A stretch of DNA of 64,000 bases from Escherichia coli (GCA_002099625.1 GCA_002099625.1_4857.1); one strand, 5' to 3'; shown: positions 18,903 to 29,999, counted from the first letter of the stretch. Made by a program: numbers and translations. Notes: generated from the letters alone by a model not told the origin.

Positions 18903-19220
18903 TTAGTATACAACCAGTACGATGCAGTCATCGATAGCCAGATTCAGTAATGCGTAGTCGTTACTTAACCGCTGGTAACGCATCCCTTTTTCAAACTGAC
19001 TTAGTTGTTCAGTCGGCATGACGTATACCGCGCTTTGCACTACTCCCGTAAACAGTTCGTTGTAGAACTGGTCTACTTCCCCGACTTTGTAAAAGCGCAT
19101 TCTTTGATTGTTAGCAAAGACGCTGTCTAGCTTCCCGTTACTGGCTTTCTGTACCGCAGTAAAGGCACTGTCTGCATCATTACGCTCTAATGCACTTTTA
19201 ATGGTTTGAAATAAAGACAT
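18903..19220 (-). CDS. hypothetical protein (105 aa)
   Basis: GAGGAG RBS ~10 nt upstream of ATG. Confidence 0.55.
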   Translation of the reverse strand: MSLFQTIKSALERNDADSAFTAVQKASNGKLDSVFANNQRMRFYKVGEVDQFYNELFTGVVQSAVYVMPTEQLSQFEKGMRYQRLSNDYALLNLAIDDCIVLVVY

Positions 19221-19400
19221 GGTACTGCACTCCTCGTTAGGTTAAAAGTCAAGGTCAACTACAAAAAGGATGTCGGTATCCTACGGATACCTCCGTTTAT
19301 GTTCGCATCCAATACATAAACCCCCTTACCCCCGTACTCTCCTCGATTGTCAAACGATGAGATCGAAACGTAAAAAAGTGTAGTATGAGAGGAGGGTGGT

Positions 19401-20333
19401 ATGAATAAATCTAAGTCAGGGTTGCACATCTTCTCGATAGGTATCGTCGCGGAAGATAAACCTCGTGGTGCCACTCGAGTTAAAGTCATCCCTATCGAAG
19501 TTAACTTTATTAATCCTACAGCTGTCGATGCAACAGAGACACCTGTAGAGAAGCAACACAACAGTTTAAGTGGTACTGACAACCTTACTGTAAAGCAAGG
19601 TAATGCCATCACTGCAAAATGGATGAAGTCCAACAGCAACCGGGTTAACCCTCCGGATGTGAAAAAAGAAGACTACGTAAGAATCTGGCGTATCGGTGAA
19701 ACCGATATGTACTTCTGGGAAGATTTAAACAACAGTAACGTTAAGCGACTGGAAGATGGGGTATACGCCTGGTCTGCTGACCCAGTAAACCAGATGGCCG
19801 ATGACCTCTCTAACGCCTACGTACTGAATATCTCCCCGATGGATGGTCACGTTACTTTACGTACCAGTATGACTAACGGTGAGAAAAATGCGTATTTGCT
19901 CCAGCTGAATACCCGTGATGGGTTTTGCCAGTTAGTGGATGACGAAGGGCGTAAGTTCTACCTCAATTCTCCGGAGGATGACTTAGGGTTTGAAAACGCC
20001 TGCCGGTCGAAGATTAATATCAATAAAGAGGACGCTTTCATTTATGCTAAACGTTCTATTAATCTCGAGACAAAGACGATTAACGAGAAGTGCGAAACTC
20101 GCAACTCTACAGCGTCGAAAAACATGGCATGGACGACTGAAGACTGGAAGACCACATGCCCAACGAATCTATTTACCGGTAACCTGGAAGTAGGTAAGAA
20201 TTTCCTCTATAACGGCAAGGGTGAGGGTAAGGGCACATTCACAGTTACCGAATCGGTTATCGGCGGCATCACCTTTACTCTTCACGTACATACTGGCCAT
20301 GGTCCGGGCAACGACACCAGTACACCGCACTAA
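19401..20333 (+). CDS. hypothetical protein (310 aa)
   Basis: Strong RBS GAGAGGAGGG 5-6 nt before ATG. Confidence 0.7.
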   Translation: MNKSKSGLHIFSIGIVAEDKPRGATRVKVIPIEVNFINPTAVDATETPVEKQHNSLSGTDNLTVKQGNAITAKWMKSNSNRVNPPDVKKEDYVRIWRIGETDMYFWEDLNNSNVKRLEDGVYAWSADPVNQMADDLSNAYVLNISPMDGHVTLRTSMTNGEKNAYLLQLNTRDGFCQLVDDEGRKFYLNSPEDDLGFENACRSKININKEDAFIYAKRSINLETKTINEKCETRNSTASKNMAWTTEDWKTTCPTNLFTGNLEVGKNFLYNGKGEGKGTFTVTESVIGGITFTLHVHTGHGPGNDTSTPH

Positions 20334-20365
20334 GTTATTTACGTGTGTGGGGTATAATGTGACAA
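20325..20365 (+). promoter_or_regulatory. candidate promoter with perfect TATAAT -10 box (approx coords)
   Basis: GGGGTATAATG ~185 nt upstream of the small DUF1471-like gene; -35 region weak. Confidence 0.3.
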
Positions 20366-20540
20366 TAAACCCCTAACTGTAACGATAACCCGAATCGCTT
20401 GTGCACAGTTAGCCACTTTTTTCGCACAAAAGCCGGTTTATTGTCAACTAATTTACGAGTCGGGGCAGTTAATATGCCTCGAAGTACAAGTAGTTGAACA
20501 TAGGGTTCTTCTGCTATCATTTGTTAATGGAGATAAGTAA

Positions 20541-20750
20541 ATGAGCATTCGTGAAATCACCGCAGGCAGCGACGTTTCTGGTCTGGTAGAAGCAGGCACC
20601 GTTCAGGTTTCTGGACTGAGCACCGTTACCGAAGTTACCGAAGCGCTGGCTAAGAAAGCCGAAGCTGAAGGCGGCGTAGCATTTAAAGTTACCGCTTGCG
20701 GCGGCAACAACAAAATGTTCGGCAACGCCATCTATTACATAAACGCGTAA
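20541..20750 (+). CDS. small DUF1471 (YdgH/BhsA/McbA)-like protein lacking signal peptide
   Basis: 69 aa; by-eye alignment to BhsA-type mature domain: GTVQVSG...TEALAKKAEAEGGVAFKVT...NNKMFGNAIYY; in-frame stop immediately upstream of ATG excludes an N-terminal signal peptide; GGAGA RBS. Confidence 0.55.
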   Translation: MSIREITAGSDVSGLVEAGTVQVSGLSTVTEVTEALAKKAEAEGGVAFKVTACGGNNKMFGNAIYYINA

Positions 20751-20763
20751 TCGGCCTGCGGGC

Positions 20764-20820
20764 AAAAAAGATATAGGTACCCTACTCCCGTTGGGAGTAG
20801 GGTTTACCTTTTATTTTTTT
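20764..20820. terminator. bidirectional rho-independent terminator (approx coords)
   Basis: Stem ACCCTACTCC/GGAGTAGGGT, loop GTTG, A-run before and T-run after. Confidence 0.65.
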
Positions 20821-22073
20821 CGTGCTTTGTAGCGATGCATTTCAACAAATGGCTTACCCCAAGCCCCGAAAGGCCCGACGATTGCCTGCGCGTCGTTTAC
20901 CAAATTCTGGTTATACCAACGCGCGTTCCCCAACAAAAAGTTTTCCCGGTCGAAGAATGTGGTATTAAAGACCCACTCCCCTTCTTCCCAGGTCGGCCAG
21001 TACCCTACACATTTACCAATACGGTTAAAGATAGGACCTAGCGTCTTCTTCCCATCTGGGTCAGTCGGGTCTTTTAAATAGAACCGGCCCCAGATAGCGT
21101 TGTGGCTTATTCCGTGAATCTCTTTTTCGAGATACGGGTTGTCTATCGTAAAGATAAACGAGGATTCGTGCGTCAGCAACGCTTTTAACGTTTCTGAGTT
21201 ACGAATACGTTGAACGGACGTAGGCGTACTTAAATCACCTACACCGATGGCGTCCCAATCGTAATAGCGACGGGTTTCCAATACAATCTTCGCCACGCTA
21301 AGGTTTGGCAGACTCAGCATAATCGCACGGTCGCTGAAATAGCCCTGCGGTGGCAACCAATGCAGAATACCCCCGATGACGAACCCAACGGTTTTCCCTG
21401 TAATGGAATCGGGTAAGGTCAGCATTAACGAAGAATAGTAATCTCGCGTAGTATCGAGTTTGTTCATCGTTAAACTGGATATGGGGTAGGTCTTTACTTT
21501 ACCGATATTTGCCATCACCAGACAGCCAATGTCTGGCGTATTGGCACGCCGCACGATATTACCAGCGCCGGTTAAGCGAACGCCCACTGGGTCAGATTGG
21601 TGAGGTACCCACTGGCCATTGATGTTGTACAGCACCCCAGTACGGTATTTCTCTTTCCACTCATCGTCGCAGACTACAACAACGTCGTGTGCATCATCGG
21701 GATTGAAGTCCTGAGTGTAATGGTACCCAGGAGGGCACAGGTGCGTTTCTACGGGCACATCTGCATTAATAGACTGGTAGTGTGCCTCAACGAATTCGAG
21801 CTTCGGTAGGCCCTTCCCAAGCGTTGGAATCGCGATTCCTGACTTGGTGTTTAACCAATCTTGCAACGTGTCCGTACGGTTTTGTAAATCAGCCAGGTGA
21901 TACTGGCTATAGAAGGTATATTCAGCACCTAGTGCTTCTAGTCCTACTTCGAAAAAGTGGTAGTTAGCACAAAGGGTATTTAAGGGCTGCGTGACATCGA
22001 TGGTTCCCCAAGTTCGGGTGTCTCGAGAGAAGCCAAAAGCGCTGTCGGCCCGCACTTGATAAGCAGTAGTCAC
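20811..22073 (-). CDS. hypothetical protein (420 aa), divergent from the tail-fibre operon
   Basis: Long ORF with AGAGGA RBS. Confidence 0.7.
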   Translation of the reverse strand: MTTAYQVRADSAFGFSRDTRTWGTIDVTQPLNTLCANYHFFEVGLEALGAEYTFYSQYHLADLQNRTDTLQDWLNTKSGIAIPTLGKGLPKLEFVEAHYQSINADVPVETHLCPPGYHYTQDFNPDDAHDVVVVCDDEWKEKYRTGVLYNINGQWVPHQSDPVGVRLTGAGNIVRRANTPDIGCLVMANIGKVKTYPISSLTMNKLDTTRDYYSSLMLTLPDSITGKTVGFVIGGILHWLPPQGYFSDRAIMLSLPNLSVAKIVLETRRYYDWDAIGVGDLSTPTSVQRIRNSETLKALLTHESSFIFTIDNPYLEKEIHGISHNAIWGRFYLKDPTDPDGKKTLGPIFNRIGKCVGYWPTWEEGEWVFNTTFFDRENFLLGNARWYNQNLVNDAQAIVGPFGAWGKPFVEMHRYKARKK

Positions 22074-22140
22074 TGGCTGTTTCCTCTAAGGATTCGGGTC
22101 ATAGTATGAACTCGACGCCCTCAGAGAAAAGGAGTGTAAA

Positions 22141-25100
22141 ATGGCTGTCGTCCCTGACCCGCACTATCAAGAACCGGGGAATATGCAGACCGGTGAAGCG
22201 GTAACGCCGATCGGTACTAAGTACCGGATGTTGTTCCCCGCACACGCCCCCTTTTATACCACATCCCTGGTGGTCAAGAGTGGCGGCAAGAAATTAACAT
22301 TAGGTGATGATTACGTCATCACCCATGCGTACGTTACGGGCATGGCACGCACTGGCCATGTTTGTCATGGTGGTGTGTGGATTACCAACCCGAAATATCA
22401 GAGTGGCTTTACACTCGATTACCACGCAATTGGCATCGGTGAAGCCACTGCAGAAATGATCGCCGCAGAACGAGAAGCGAATAAAGATCGCTATCCCGTG
22501 GACTGCCAATGGGATAACGTCATTGGGGATTTATATTTCCCACCGGTCGATATTAAGTTCGACTGGGAAAACTGGCGTGGCGAATCCGAGTTGATGGAAG
22601 CCATTGTTGCGGTTGGCGCTAAGCTCGGTGAAGCGATCAGTCGCGTTGACCCGATTGCTCGTAACACGTTAGACCTTCAATATCGCGCCGGTGTCACGCT
22701 TATCACATCCGAGCAGTATGCGACGTACGACGGTACTGGCGGCTACACGTATAACGCGAAACGTCGTCGTTATTCGTTATCTTACCAGAACACGACGTTC
22801 AATGCGTATTCGTTAGCGGTAAAACACCGTTTACCGAGCATTCCACCGGAAACAACGTTAAACCCAGGCGAGTTGATCGATTGGATGCTCTGTTACGCAA
22901 ACGGTGGGACAAGTATCCTGCGTCTTCAGTTGAAGCAACGCGCGATTTATCTTACCTTAACGACGGCGATTGGTTCTGGTTCGTCTAATTACAGCTATAC
23001 GTTGACGACTGGCCTGACCGATACCGAGTTGGCGGGTGATATTGAGCTTAGCGTGGTCAGACGCGAAGGTAACGGCGTTTACGACATTACCGTTAAAACA
23101 AGCAAGCAAACCGTTAACTACAGCTTTAACGTTGACAACCCACCGAGCGAATTTGCACCAGGGTATCAGAAAACTGATGTCGCAAAATGGTTGAAGTTTA
23201 AATCGGGCGTCAACCTAAACTGGTGGGCAGGTGAGAACGATTACGTCCAGATTCGTTCATTACCAGGCGCACCGGCACCTGACGTTAACAACGACGTGTA
23301 CCAGCTGCTGGTAAAATATCACCAGATTGTCGATAAGCTGTACCGTGATGCACCGGCACATACGCACGTGCCGCGCAAGGATAACCCACATCGCGATTCG
23401 TGGGGCGCAATCCGTGCTTTGGAGAATAACGGTATTGCTTCGGACGCGACACTGGTATACGGAAAAACGCAACCGCAGCTGACAGATTACGTTAACAATC
23501 TGTTGCCGAAACTGTCAACGCTGGCGAATAAGCTTTTACGTTTACCGGCGGCTGCACAGTCTATCAACGGCACTTTCGGTATGAGGCCTGGCCTGACTTC
23601 GATAACGTCAGCAGTGGGTACCGATGAGTCTGAAGGAGTGGGTGCACAATTCACGGTTGACCCGAAGGTTATCCGTTTTATTGGACGCGATTCGCAAACC
23701 GTTAACGCCGGGAACAATCCGATTACATGGCAAGGTGGGGCTAACCAACTCATCCTTTATCCGGATTCCCGTGGATTGGAGTTCAACGGTAAGAAACTAT
23801 TGGACCCTACTACGGTCGGGCCGTACCTGCCGGGTAACGAGTCAGGTGGTGATGGACTGTTTTACGGAACATCCACAGCTACTGTAACCATTAACGGCAA
23901 CGGTATTCAGTCTGTTCCGTTCATTTGTACTTTTGTTCCACCGGAGTCCGACGACCTTGGCCTGATGGCTGTCCGTTTGTTGGCTACTGAATTCGGTGAT
24001 CGTGAGGACTTGGCCGCAACGCCGGCACTCATCAAGAAATTGGATCAGCAGTTTACGGGCAAGTTGGTTGCTGTTAAATCGTACATCAACGACATGCCAC
24101 TGACGAGTTCTATTTACATCGATAAAACTAACTTCGGCTTATCGAACGTACAGAACATCCCAGATGTGCAATTGCCGATTTCCCCGCTCCAACGAGCTGA
24201 GCTGGACAAGTACGCAGTCGTCGGTCACACACACACTCCTGCTGCGCTCGGGATTAAGCGTGCAACAACGACGGAGTTCGGTTTAGTACAGTTCGGCACC
24301 GCGGTTGACGATGCCACGCTGGCATTAGACGGCGGTGAGGTCATCCGACAGGCGGACGCCATCACAGAGATAGAGAAGGTTGCGAAGACAGTCGACTCTG
24401 GTGCTTCAATCAACATTATTCGTTACGGTTTACCCGGCACGGACATCATTGAAAACGGCATCACTTACACCGACTGGATGGTTACTATTAAAGCGAACGA
24501 TTATTTCGTTGGTCGCGAGTACAAAGTACCTCTCTCCACATTTAACTTGGCGGAGCTATTCCCAGCGACGCACGAAGATGCTGAGTTTGGCGTGTATGTT
24601 GACGCGGCGGGCGATGACGGCAAGTACATTATCTACGAAAATCCAAACACGGCAGAAACTGAGACGATGACCAAAATAGGTTCCATCATCACCAGTGAAA
24701 CCGGTGTGGTTTTTGTAGAAATCCGCAACGTGACGCGTTTAGGTGAGTTCCGTGAATTAGGCGAGCATATCGAGGATGATAACGCCCATATTCGTCGGGG
24801 CATGACGCAAGCTGAATTCGGATTTACTTACGGTACTGGCGGGCCTGTGTGGTCCACGGGCGCACCGGGTACAAAACGTATAGATGCCGATTGGCGTTAC
24901 GCGCAGGCTAGCAGCTATACACCTATGTTGAAAGCGGACTACGATCCGGCTGCTGATAAATGGACGTTTAAAACAACCAGTTTATCTGTAACCGATTATC
25001 GTTTTGTCCACAACACATTCCCGATGTTCCAGAATAACGGCATTACCGCAACGTGGACACCTTTAACCGCAACAGCGGACAGTGTGCTAGAAACGGTAAT

Positions 25101-25854
25101 TGGGTGTTGCCATCACTCGGCCACGTTCATGCACCGTATTTCTGTACTCGTCGCACGCACCGCAGGACGTATTACCACTCCAGGCGGCGTGAGCACGTAT
25201 GCGGGAATCGCGGTTAACTACGGACGTGCTGCACAGGTTGTTATTGGTCTGAATGGCGTTACTGGTGCCGGCCATGACTGGACGGCACTTAATCCATCGG
25301 TGCGTTTCAGCCACGCGCGAACAGCGGACGGTATTTCGTTCGTGGGAACGATTAACATCGATTCCAAAACGATTAACTTTGAGCTGACGCTAACCGCGAC
25401 AACAAAGACGCTGAAATACACCTTGCAGTCGACCGGCGAGTCGTGGACTGAGGATTTGTCTACCCGTCTCCGTCCTGACTATATCGACTTGACGAAACTG
25501 ATTACCGATCCGAGTACGCCGATTTATCACGGCGTGGGTGGTTTGTTTAGTTCCGACACAGAAGCGCGTTTGACTTACGCTAACCTGAACACGATGCCGA
25601 CAAAGAATCGTTATTACGCCACGTTCCTTGACTATGCGATTAACTATTCCGGCTTAAACCGCGCAAGATTCTTTACTGGCGTGGTGGATGCAGGTTCAAC
25701 GATCAATGAGATGAACAGCGCGATGTGCAACTATTCATACAGTTCGTTCCGACCAGTGGATACAGGTAAAATTCCACTGGTGGCACACCCGTCCAAGATG
25801 ATGACGTTCAATCCGAAAAACACGTCAGGTCGAACACTTATTATTCGTGATTAA
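22141..25854 (+). CDS. tail fibre protein 1 (1237 aa)
   Basis: AAAAGGAG RBS; HTHTPAALGIKRATTTEFGLVQFG resembles the T4-type fibre repeat H-x-H...A-S/T-x-x-x-G-V/L-V; shares N-terminal region pattern with the next three genes. Confidence 0.8.
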   Translation: MAVVPDPHYQEPGNMQTGEAVTPIGTKYRMLFPAHAPFYTTSLVVKSGGKKLTLGDDYVITHAYVTGMARTGHVCHGGVWITNPKYQSGFTLDYHAIGIGEATAEMIAAEREANKDRYPVDCQWDNVIGDLYFPPVDIKFDWENWRGESELMEAIVAVGAKLGEAISRVDPIARNTLDLQYRAGVTLITSEQYATYDGTGGYTYNAKRRRYSLSYQNTTFNAYSLAVKHRLPSIPPETTLNPGELIDWMLCYANGGTSILRLQLKQRAIYLTLTTAIGSGSSNYSYTLTTGLTDTELAGDIELSVVRREGNGVYDITVKTSKQTVNYSFNVDNPPSEFAPGYQKTDVAKWLKFKSGVNLNWWAGENDYVQIRSLPGAPAPDVNNDVYQLLVKYHQIVDKLYRDAPAHTHVPRKDNPHRDSWGAIRALENNGIASDATLVYGKTQPQLTDYVNNLLPKLSTLANKLLRLPAAAQSINGTFGMRPGLTSITSAVGTDESEGVGAQFTVDPKVIRFIGRDSQTVNAGNNPITWQGGANQLILYPDSRGLEFNGKKLLDPTTVGPYLPGNESGGDGLFYGTSTATVTINGNGIQSVPFICTFVPPESDDLGLMAVRLLATEFGDREDLAATPALIKKLDQQFTGKLVAVKSYINDMPLTSSIYIDKTNFGLSNVQNIPDVQLPISPLQRAELDKYAVVGHTHTPAALGIKRATTTEFGLVQFGTAVDDATLALDGGEVIRQADAITEIEKVAKTVDSGASINIIRYGLPGTDIIENGITYTDWMVTIKANDYFVGREYKVPLSTFNLAELFPATHEDAEFGVYVDAAGDDGKYIIYENPNTAETETMTKIGSIITSETGVVFVEIRNVTRLGEFRELGEHIEDDNAHIRRGMTQAEFGFTYGTGGPVWSTGAPGTKRIDADWRYAQASSYTPMLKADYDPAADKWTFKTTSLSVTDYRFVHNTFPMFQNNGITATWTPLTATADSVLETVIGCCHHSATFMHRISVLVARTAGRITTPGGVSTYAGIAVNYGRAAQVVIGLNGVTGAGHDWTALNPSVRFSHARTADGISFVGTINIDSKTINFELTLTATTKTLKYTLQSTGESWTEDLSTRLRPDYIDLTKLITDPSTPIYHGVGGLFSSDTEARLTYANLNTMPTKNRYYATFLDYAINYSGLNRARFFTGVVDAGSTINEMNSAMCNYSYSSFRPVDTGKIPLVAHPSKMMTFNPKNTSGRTLIIRD

Positions 25855-25866
25855 GGAGATTTTTGA

Positions 25867-28800
25867 ATGAAAACGTATCCTTACGATCCTCGGGGTGTAA
25901 ATCCTGAGTGTCACTTCATCGAGGAACGTATCATCGACTCCGACAATCCTAACGATCGGGTGGTGATGCTAGATCATCGCCCGTTTTTCGAAGGATTGGT
26001 GGTAAGGCTCGCCGGCTCGTCCATACCGCTTACCCGCGGGACGGACTATGAGCTGGAGTATGCTTTAACACCGTTGGACGACTCGGTGACGACCCCGGTG
26101 TTTTGCGGGGTGCATCTTATTAACCCTAAACTGCGTGGTGCGGTGGTCTTTGAAGGCCAGATGCTCGGGGGTACGTTTTACAGTGGTTTGATTGAGATGT
26201 TGGATGAGCTAGTTAAGGCACTCAACAATCCAACGGCTGCAGATTGGCTGCTTTTAGGTAATCGTCCTTCCCTGTACCCAGCCACTCCTGCAGCGGTAGC
26301 TTGGTCAGACATGCTGAATAAAAAGTATGTTGCCTCTGCAGTGCATGATGTGGAGTTAGATGCCGGGGCGGCCAACGAGCAGATCCGTGAAAAGCTTACT
26401 GAGCTGAAAGATGCGGTTTTGGGCTTAGGAACTGAAATCGCCACATTTAACTACCCCGGACACATTGCGTCCACTAACCCTCATGGGACTACCGCGGCGC
26501 AGGCCGGTGCGCATCCTGTCAACCTGAAAACGCCAGATACTTTCCTGGCGTATGGAAAGACGTTGCGTCAGTTAACCAACGAGGTCCGTGCACTGGGTCT
26601 GCAACAATCGGATATCGACAAGTACATTTCTAAATGGGTGTCGAAAGAATCCAAAGGGGTGTTTAATGCGACGATATCCGGTACTCGTGCCCTGTTCCGT
26701 TCTCCTGCTGGTGAATCCGAAATTGTGTTCTCTGCTGAGGCATTCACTCTTAAATCTAATGGCTCTGTTGTGTTGGCGTGTGGGTATGCCGACACTACTG
26801 GAACCGTCCGGTTTATGGAGTGGAAAGCAGGCATCAATACATTACGTATTGAGTCGACTGGCAGTGCCTTGGGGATGGATAAGCTGACGCTTAATGGTAC
26901 GACGTTACTGACCACAACTGCTCTCATGGGCTATCAACAAGACCCTGGTACCAGCGGTGGTACCGTTGACCCGGATGACAACAAACTGTACATTAGCGGG
27001 GTGAACGGCATTACTTTCACGGGTAAAGGGTCAAAAGCCGATCCCGTCACCGGGAAGGTCACAGCCAAACCCGCGACGACCTCTGAACCTGGCGTTGTGA
27101 CGTTGACCGATAAGCCGAGCGATGTAGTCAAAGGACAAGCAGCCACCCCGGCTTCGCTCTTACCATACGAGGGTGATCTGTCTTCGTACGTCAGGAAGAC
27201 AACGCTGCTGAATAACCAGCCGATGGACACCGGTAGCCGAACGCTAACGAAAAAGGATTTGGGTCTGGACTTGGCTGATAACACAGCTGACGTCGATAAA
27301 CCACTTTCTGATGCGTTGGCAGAAGCAGTTACCGATCTTAGTGATAAAGGTCACCATCACAACTTCGCCGATTTACAGATCCCAACGGCTTCTCAAACAG
27401 TTCCCGGTATCGCTCGATATTCTACCAACCTAAATAGCTTGTCGGATAATCGCGGCGTTACCCCGAACGTACTGAACGATTTGTCAAAACGTTTAGACGT
27501 AGTTGCAGCTGCGCTAGCAAACGCGAAAGAGGACACCGTGACCGATTTTGCCGCTGTGCGCGGTAAGACTTGGACTGTGGGATCTACACGTACCACAGTC
27601 GCCGTAACGGATTTGAATTATTTCTATCTGTTAAATGGTGCACGTAAAGAGGGGACGGTATCTGGTTCGATAGACCTGCAAACCACACCGATGTTCCAGT
27701 GGTTCTCTCCAGATAACCGTATGGAAAGAACGTGGCAGAACGCGGTAATTAATACCGGTGCCGGTATTGATTTTAGTGGGTTTGAGGTTGCCGTCCCGGA
27801 AACGAACTACGGTGCGCAGATTGGTTTAACGACAACCGGAATGGGTGATTTGTCAGTCGTTAACCTCTTGGCGAAAACGTGGGTTCGTTGCGACTCTGGT
27901 AAGCTGCGGATTTGGGTTCGTGGCGGTGGTGCTGTTTCTGTTTATCTGGACGGTGAAATTATCGGTGCGGGTATTACAGAAGCGGGGTATCTGGAGGCGA
28001 CTGTCAAGGAGGGATGGAAGCAACACTGCTTAGCGTTCCGTGCAGAGTGTAACGATAGCGCTAAAGCGGCTGCAATCCGTTTCACAATCTACGACGGTGA
28101 CTTTGCGGTTGGGGCCTCTGATAAAAACACCAAGGTTGCTCGCCTTCAGGAGTTTGTTAAGACTCCGAACGGTTTAAGGCATTACCTTTACGTGAACATG
28201 ATAACCGATGCGTTATATTCACGCGCCGAACCTATTGTGGACACGGAAGGTATTAACCTGGAACGTGGGTATATCGGCCACATTGATGTCCCTGACGCGG
28301 GATTGGTTGCAGGCACGACTTACGAGTTTGAAACGACATTTGATTTTGGCATGGCGTCCGAACTTAAACGGCACTTCGAAACACGTCTAGCACACGGGGT
28401 GAGTAACACCGACTGGTCGTTGACGGATAACCCGAAAATGCTGCCGTTGAATAAGGTTGATCCATTACCTAAACAATGGCTGTATGCGTATCCAACTAAC
28501 CCGTCTGTATCTGGGGATAACCTCGTTCGTTTAGATCGTGGGTTATTTGATTATAAATTCGTAAGTGCCACCTCGCTCAGGATTCTTCTTGCGGCGGTTG
28601 TTTCCACTGAAAACGCGTCCCCGTATTGCTGGTTTACACCAAGCAACCCGAAAGAAAATGGAATGGCGACATTCGAGGGTTCGGTGGTAATCGACACTGA
28701 TTATCCTGAAGTCCCAAAAACCTCGGACGTCGAAGTTTCATTAAACTTCATGGCCCCTTCTGCTGATGGGAAAGGTAAAACCAGAGTCCTGCGGTGGAGT

Positions 28801-29997
28801 AACTCCCACACCAGTTTAAACTGCGGCTTTATTGCTGCGCCGTACGATAAACCAACCGGAAGAATTGCCACCACACAATCCAGCGTTACTAATACGCTGG
28901 TTGATGCTCCTCGTGTAATCAAGAGCGTGGATGTTCAGTCGCCTGACTGTTTAGACTATCTCCCGGTTTCAATCGCTAGCGAGTTCGCAGCCATTGGTTC
29001 GCGCTGGCTTATTCGTTATCGCTATATTGTTGATACGCAGATACTGCGAATATCGTCGATTAGTAAGATAGGTGGGCAGGCTTCGGCGACTGTTCGTGAG
29101 ATAGAATACGACATTCCGTTTGACGCGATTGATTATTTTAAAGGTGGCGCTTTATCGATTGGTGTTACTGGCCTCGAAACTGGTGAAGGCGTCACAATCA
29201 ACCACGGTTTGATGGACCCTTCCACAACAGAAGTGGATTTAAATCGTTTCCATTATCTACGCTCGCTATTTGAGTCGTATATTGAGCGTTCTCCGGACAG
29301 CCAGTCTTCTGGGCATGAGGAGATGTCGATATCAACCGTCGCGTTCGCGAACTTTGGAGATAACGTCGATAACCCGGTTACGGAATACATCACGATGTCT
29401 GCTGCAAGTGAGGGTTATCCGGAACTTGCACCGAACGGTAAACTCCCCGCACCGTTTTACAAAGGGCTGCAGAAACGTGGTGCTCCGCTACTTGAGTCGG
29501 CTCCTGCAGACTATACGTCTAACGGTGGTGAATGGAAGTACGGCTTTATGCGGGCTTATCGCCCAACTCAAAATGAGCGTTTTGTGTCGGTAAATGGGAC
29601 AATGCTCTCTAACTACCCTGGATATATCATCGTGGGTAGTGAGAAAATTCCGGGTAATGTTATACCTTTCAGTGCATCGACAACAGCTGTTCAGATATCT
29701 GGGACTCTTGCCCGCACGAAACCGATGCAGCCAATTCACATCGTGTTCGTGCCTCCGGAAGGTTCTGTGCCGCCGCTGCAAGCGAAGTTCACTATTAACG
29801 GTGTGGGTAGTAGTGGTAATCCGATGTTCGTGATTACTGAAACGACACCGGTGGAACTTCGCACGGGTGGCGAGACGATTCTCATTGAGAAGCGTAATCC
29901 ATTCCACATCCCCACCAGGACATGGGATTGGATTTTACAAACGTTGGATACTGAACGTAGAAACGAAGGCAACAACTCGGGTGAGTGGGCCTCTTAG
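25867..29997 (+). CDS. tail fibre protein 2 (1376 aa)
   Basis: TAAGGAG RBS; motifs HHHNFADLQIPTASQTVPGIARY and KPATTSEPGVVTLT (fibre-repeat-like). Confidence 0.8.
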   Translation: MKTYPYDPRGVNPECHFIEERIIDSDNPNDRVVMLDHRPFFEGLVVRLAGSSIPLTRGTDYELEYALTPLDDSVTTPVFCGVHLINPKLRGAVVFEGQMLGGTFYSGLIEMLDELVKALNNPTAADWLLLGNRPSLYPATPAAVAWSDMLNKKYVASAVHDVELDAGAANEQIREKLTELKDAVLGLGTEIATFNYPGHIASTNPHGTTAAQAGAHPVNLKTPDTFLAYGKTLRQLTNEVRALGLQQSDIDKYISKWVSKESKGVFNATISGTRALFRSPAGESEIVFSAEAFTLKSNGSVVLACGYADTTGTVRFMEWKAGINTLRIESTGSALGMDKLTLNGTTLLTTTALMGYQQDPGTSGGTVDPDDNKLYISGVNGITFTGKGSKADPVTGKVTAKPATTSEPGVVTLTDKPSDVVKGQAATPASLLPYEGDLSSYVRKTTLLNNQPMDTGSRTLTKKDLGLDLADNTADVDKPLSDALAEAVTDLSDKGHHHNFADLQIPTASQTVPGIARYSTNLNSLSDNRGVTPNVLNDLSKRLDVVAAALANAKEDTVTDFAAVRGKTWTVGSTRTTVAVTDLNYFYLLNGARKEGTVSGSIDLQTTPMFQWFSPDNRMERTWQNAVINTGAGIDFSGFEVAVPETNYGAQIGLTTTGMGDLSVVNLLAKTWVRCDSGKLRIWVRGGGAVSVYLDGEIIGAGITEAGYLEATVKEGWKQHCLAFRAECNDSAKAAAIRFTIYDGDFAVGASDKNTKVARLQEFVKTPNGLRHYLYVNMITDALYSRAEPIVDTEGINLERGYIGHIDVPDAGLVAGTTYEFETTFDFGMASELKRHFETRLAHGVSNTDWSLTDNPKMLPLNKVDPLPKQWLYAYPTNPSVSGDNLVRLDRGLFDYKFVSATSLRILLAAVVSTENASPYCWFTPSNPKENGMATFEGSVVIDTDYPEVPKTSDVEVSLNFMAPSADGKGKTRVLRWSNSHTSLNCGFIAAPYDKPTGRIATTQSSVTNTLVDAPRVIKSVDVQSPDCLDYLPVSIASEFAAIGSRWLIRYRYIVDTQILRISSISKIGGQASATVREIEYDIPFDAIDYFKGGALSIGVTGLETGEGVTINHGLMDPSTTEVDLNRFHYLRSLFESYIERSPDSQSSGHEEMSISTVAFANFGDNVDNPVTEYITMSAASEGYPELAPNGKLPAPFYKGLQKRGAPLLESAPADYTSNGGEWKYGFMRAYRPTQNERFVSVNGTMLSNYPGYIIVGSEKIPGNVIPFSASTTAVQISGTLARTKPMQPIHIVFVPPEGSVPPLQAKFTINGVGSSGNPMFVITETTPVELRTGGETILIEKRNPFHIPTRTWDWILQTLDTERRNEGNNSGEWAS

Positions 29998-29999
29998 GA

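Noticed and set aside
19259-19639. Minus-strand ORF 19259..19639 (126 aa)
   Set aside because: Overlaps plus gene 19401..20333, which has a very strong RBS; the ORF spans a hairpin in the divergent intergenic region.
20335-20765. Minus-strand ORFs 20335..20520 and 20517..20765
   Set aside because: Lie in the promoter region and antisense to the DUF1471-like gene, which has RBS and terminator support.
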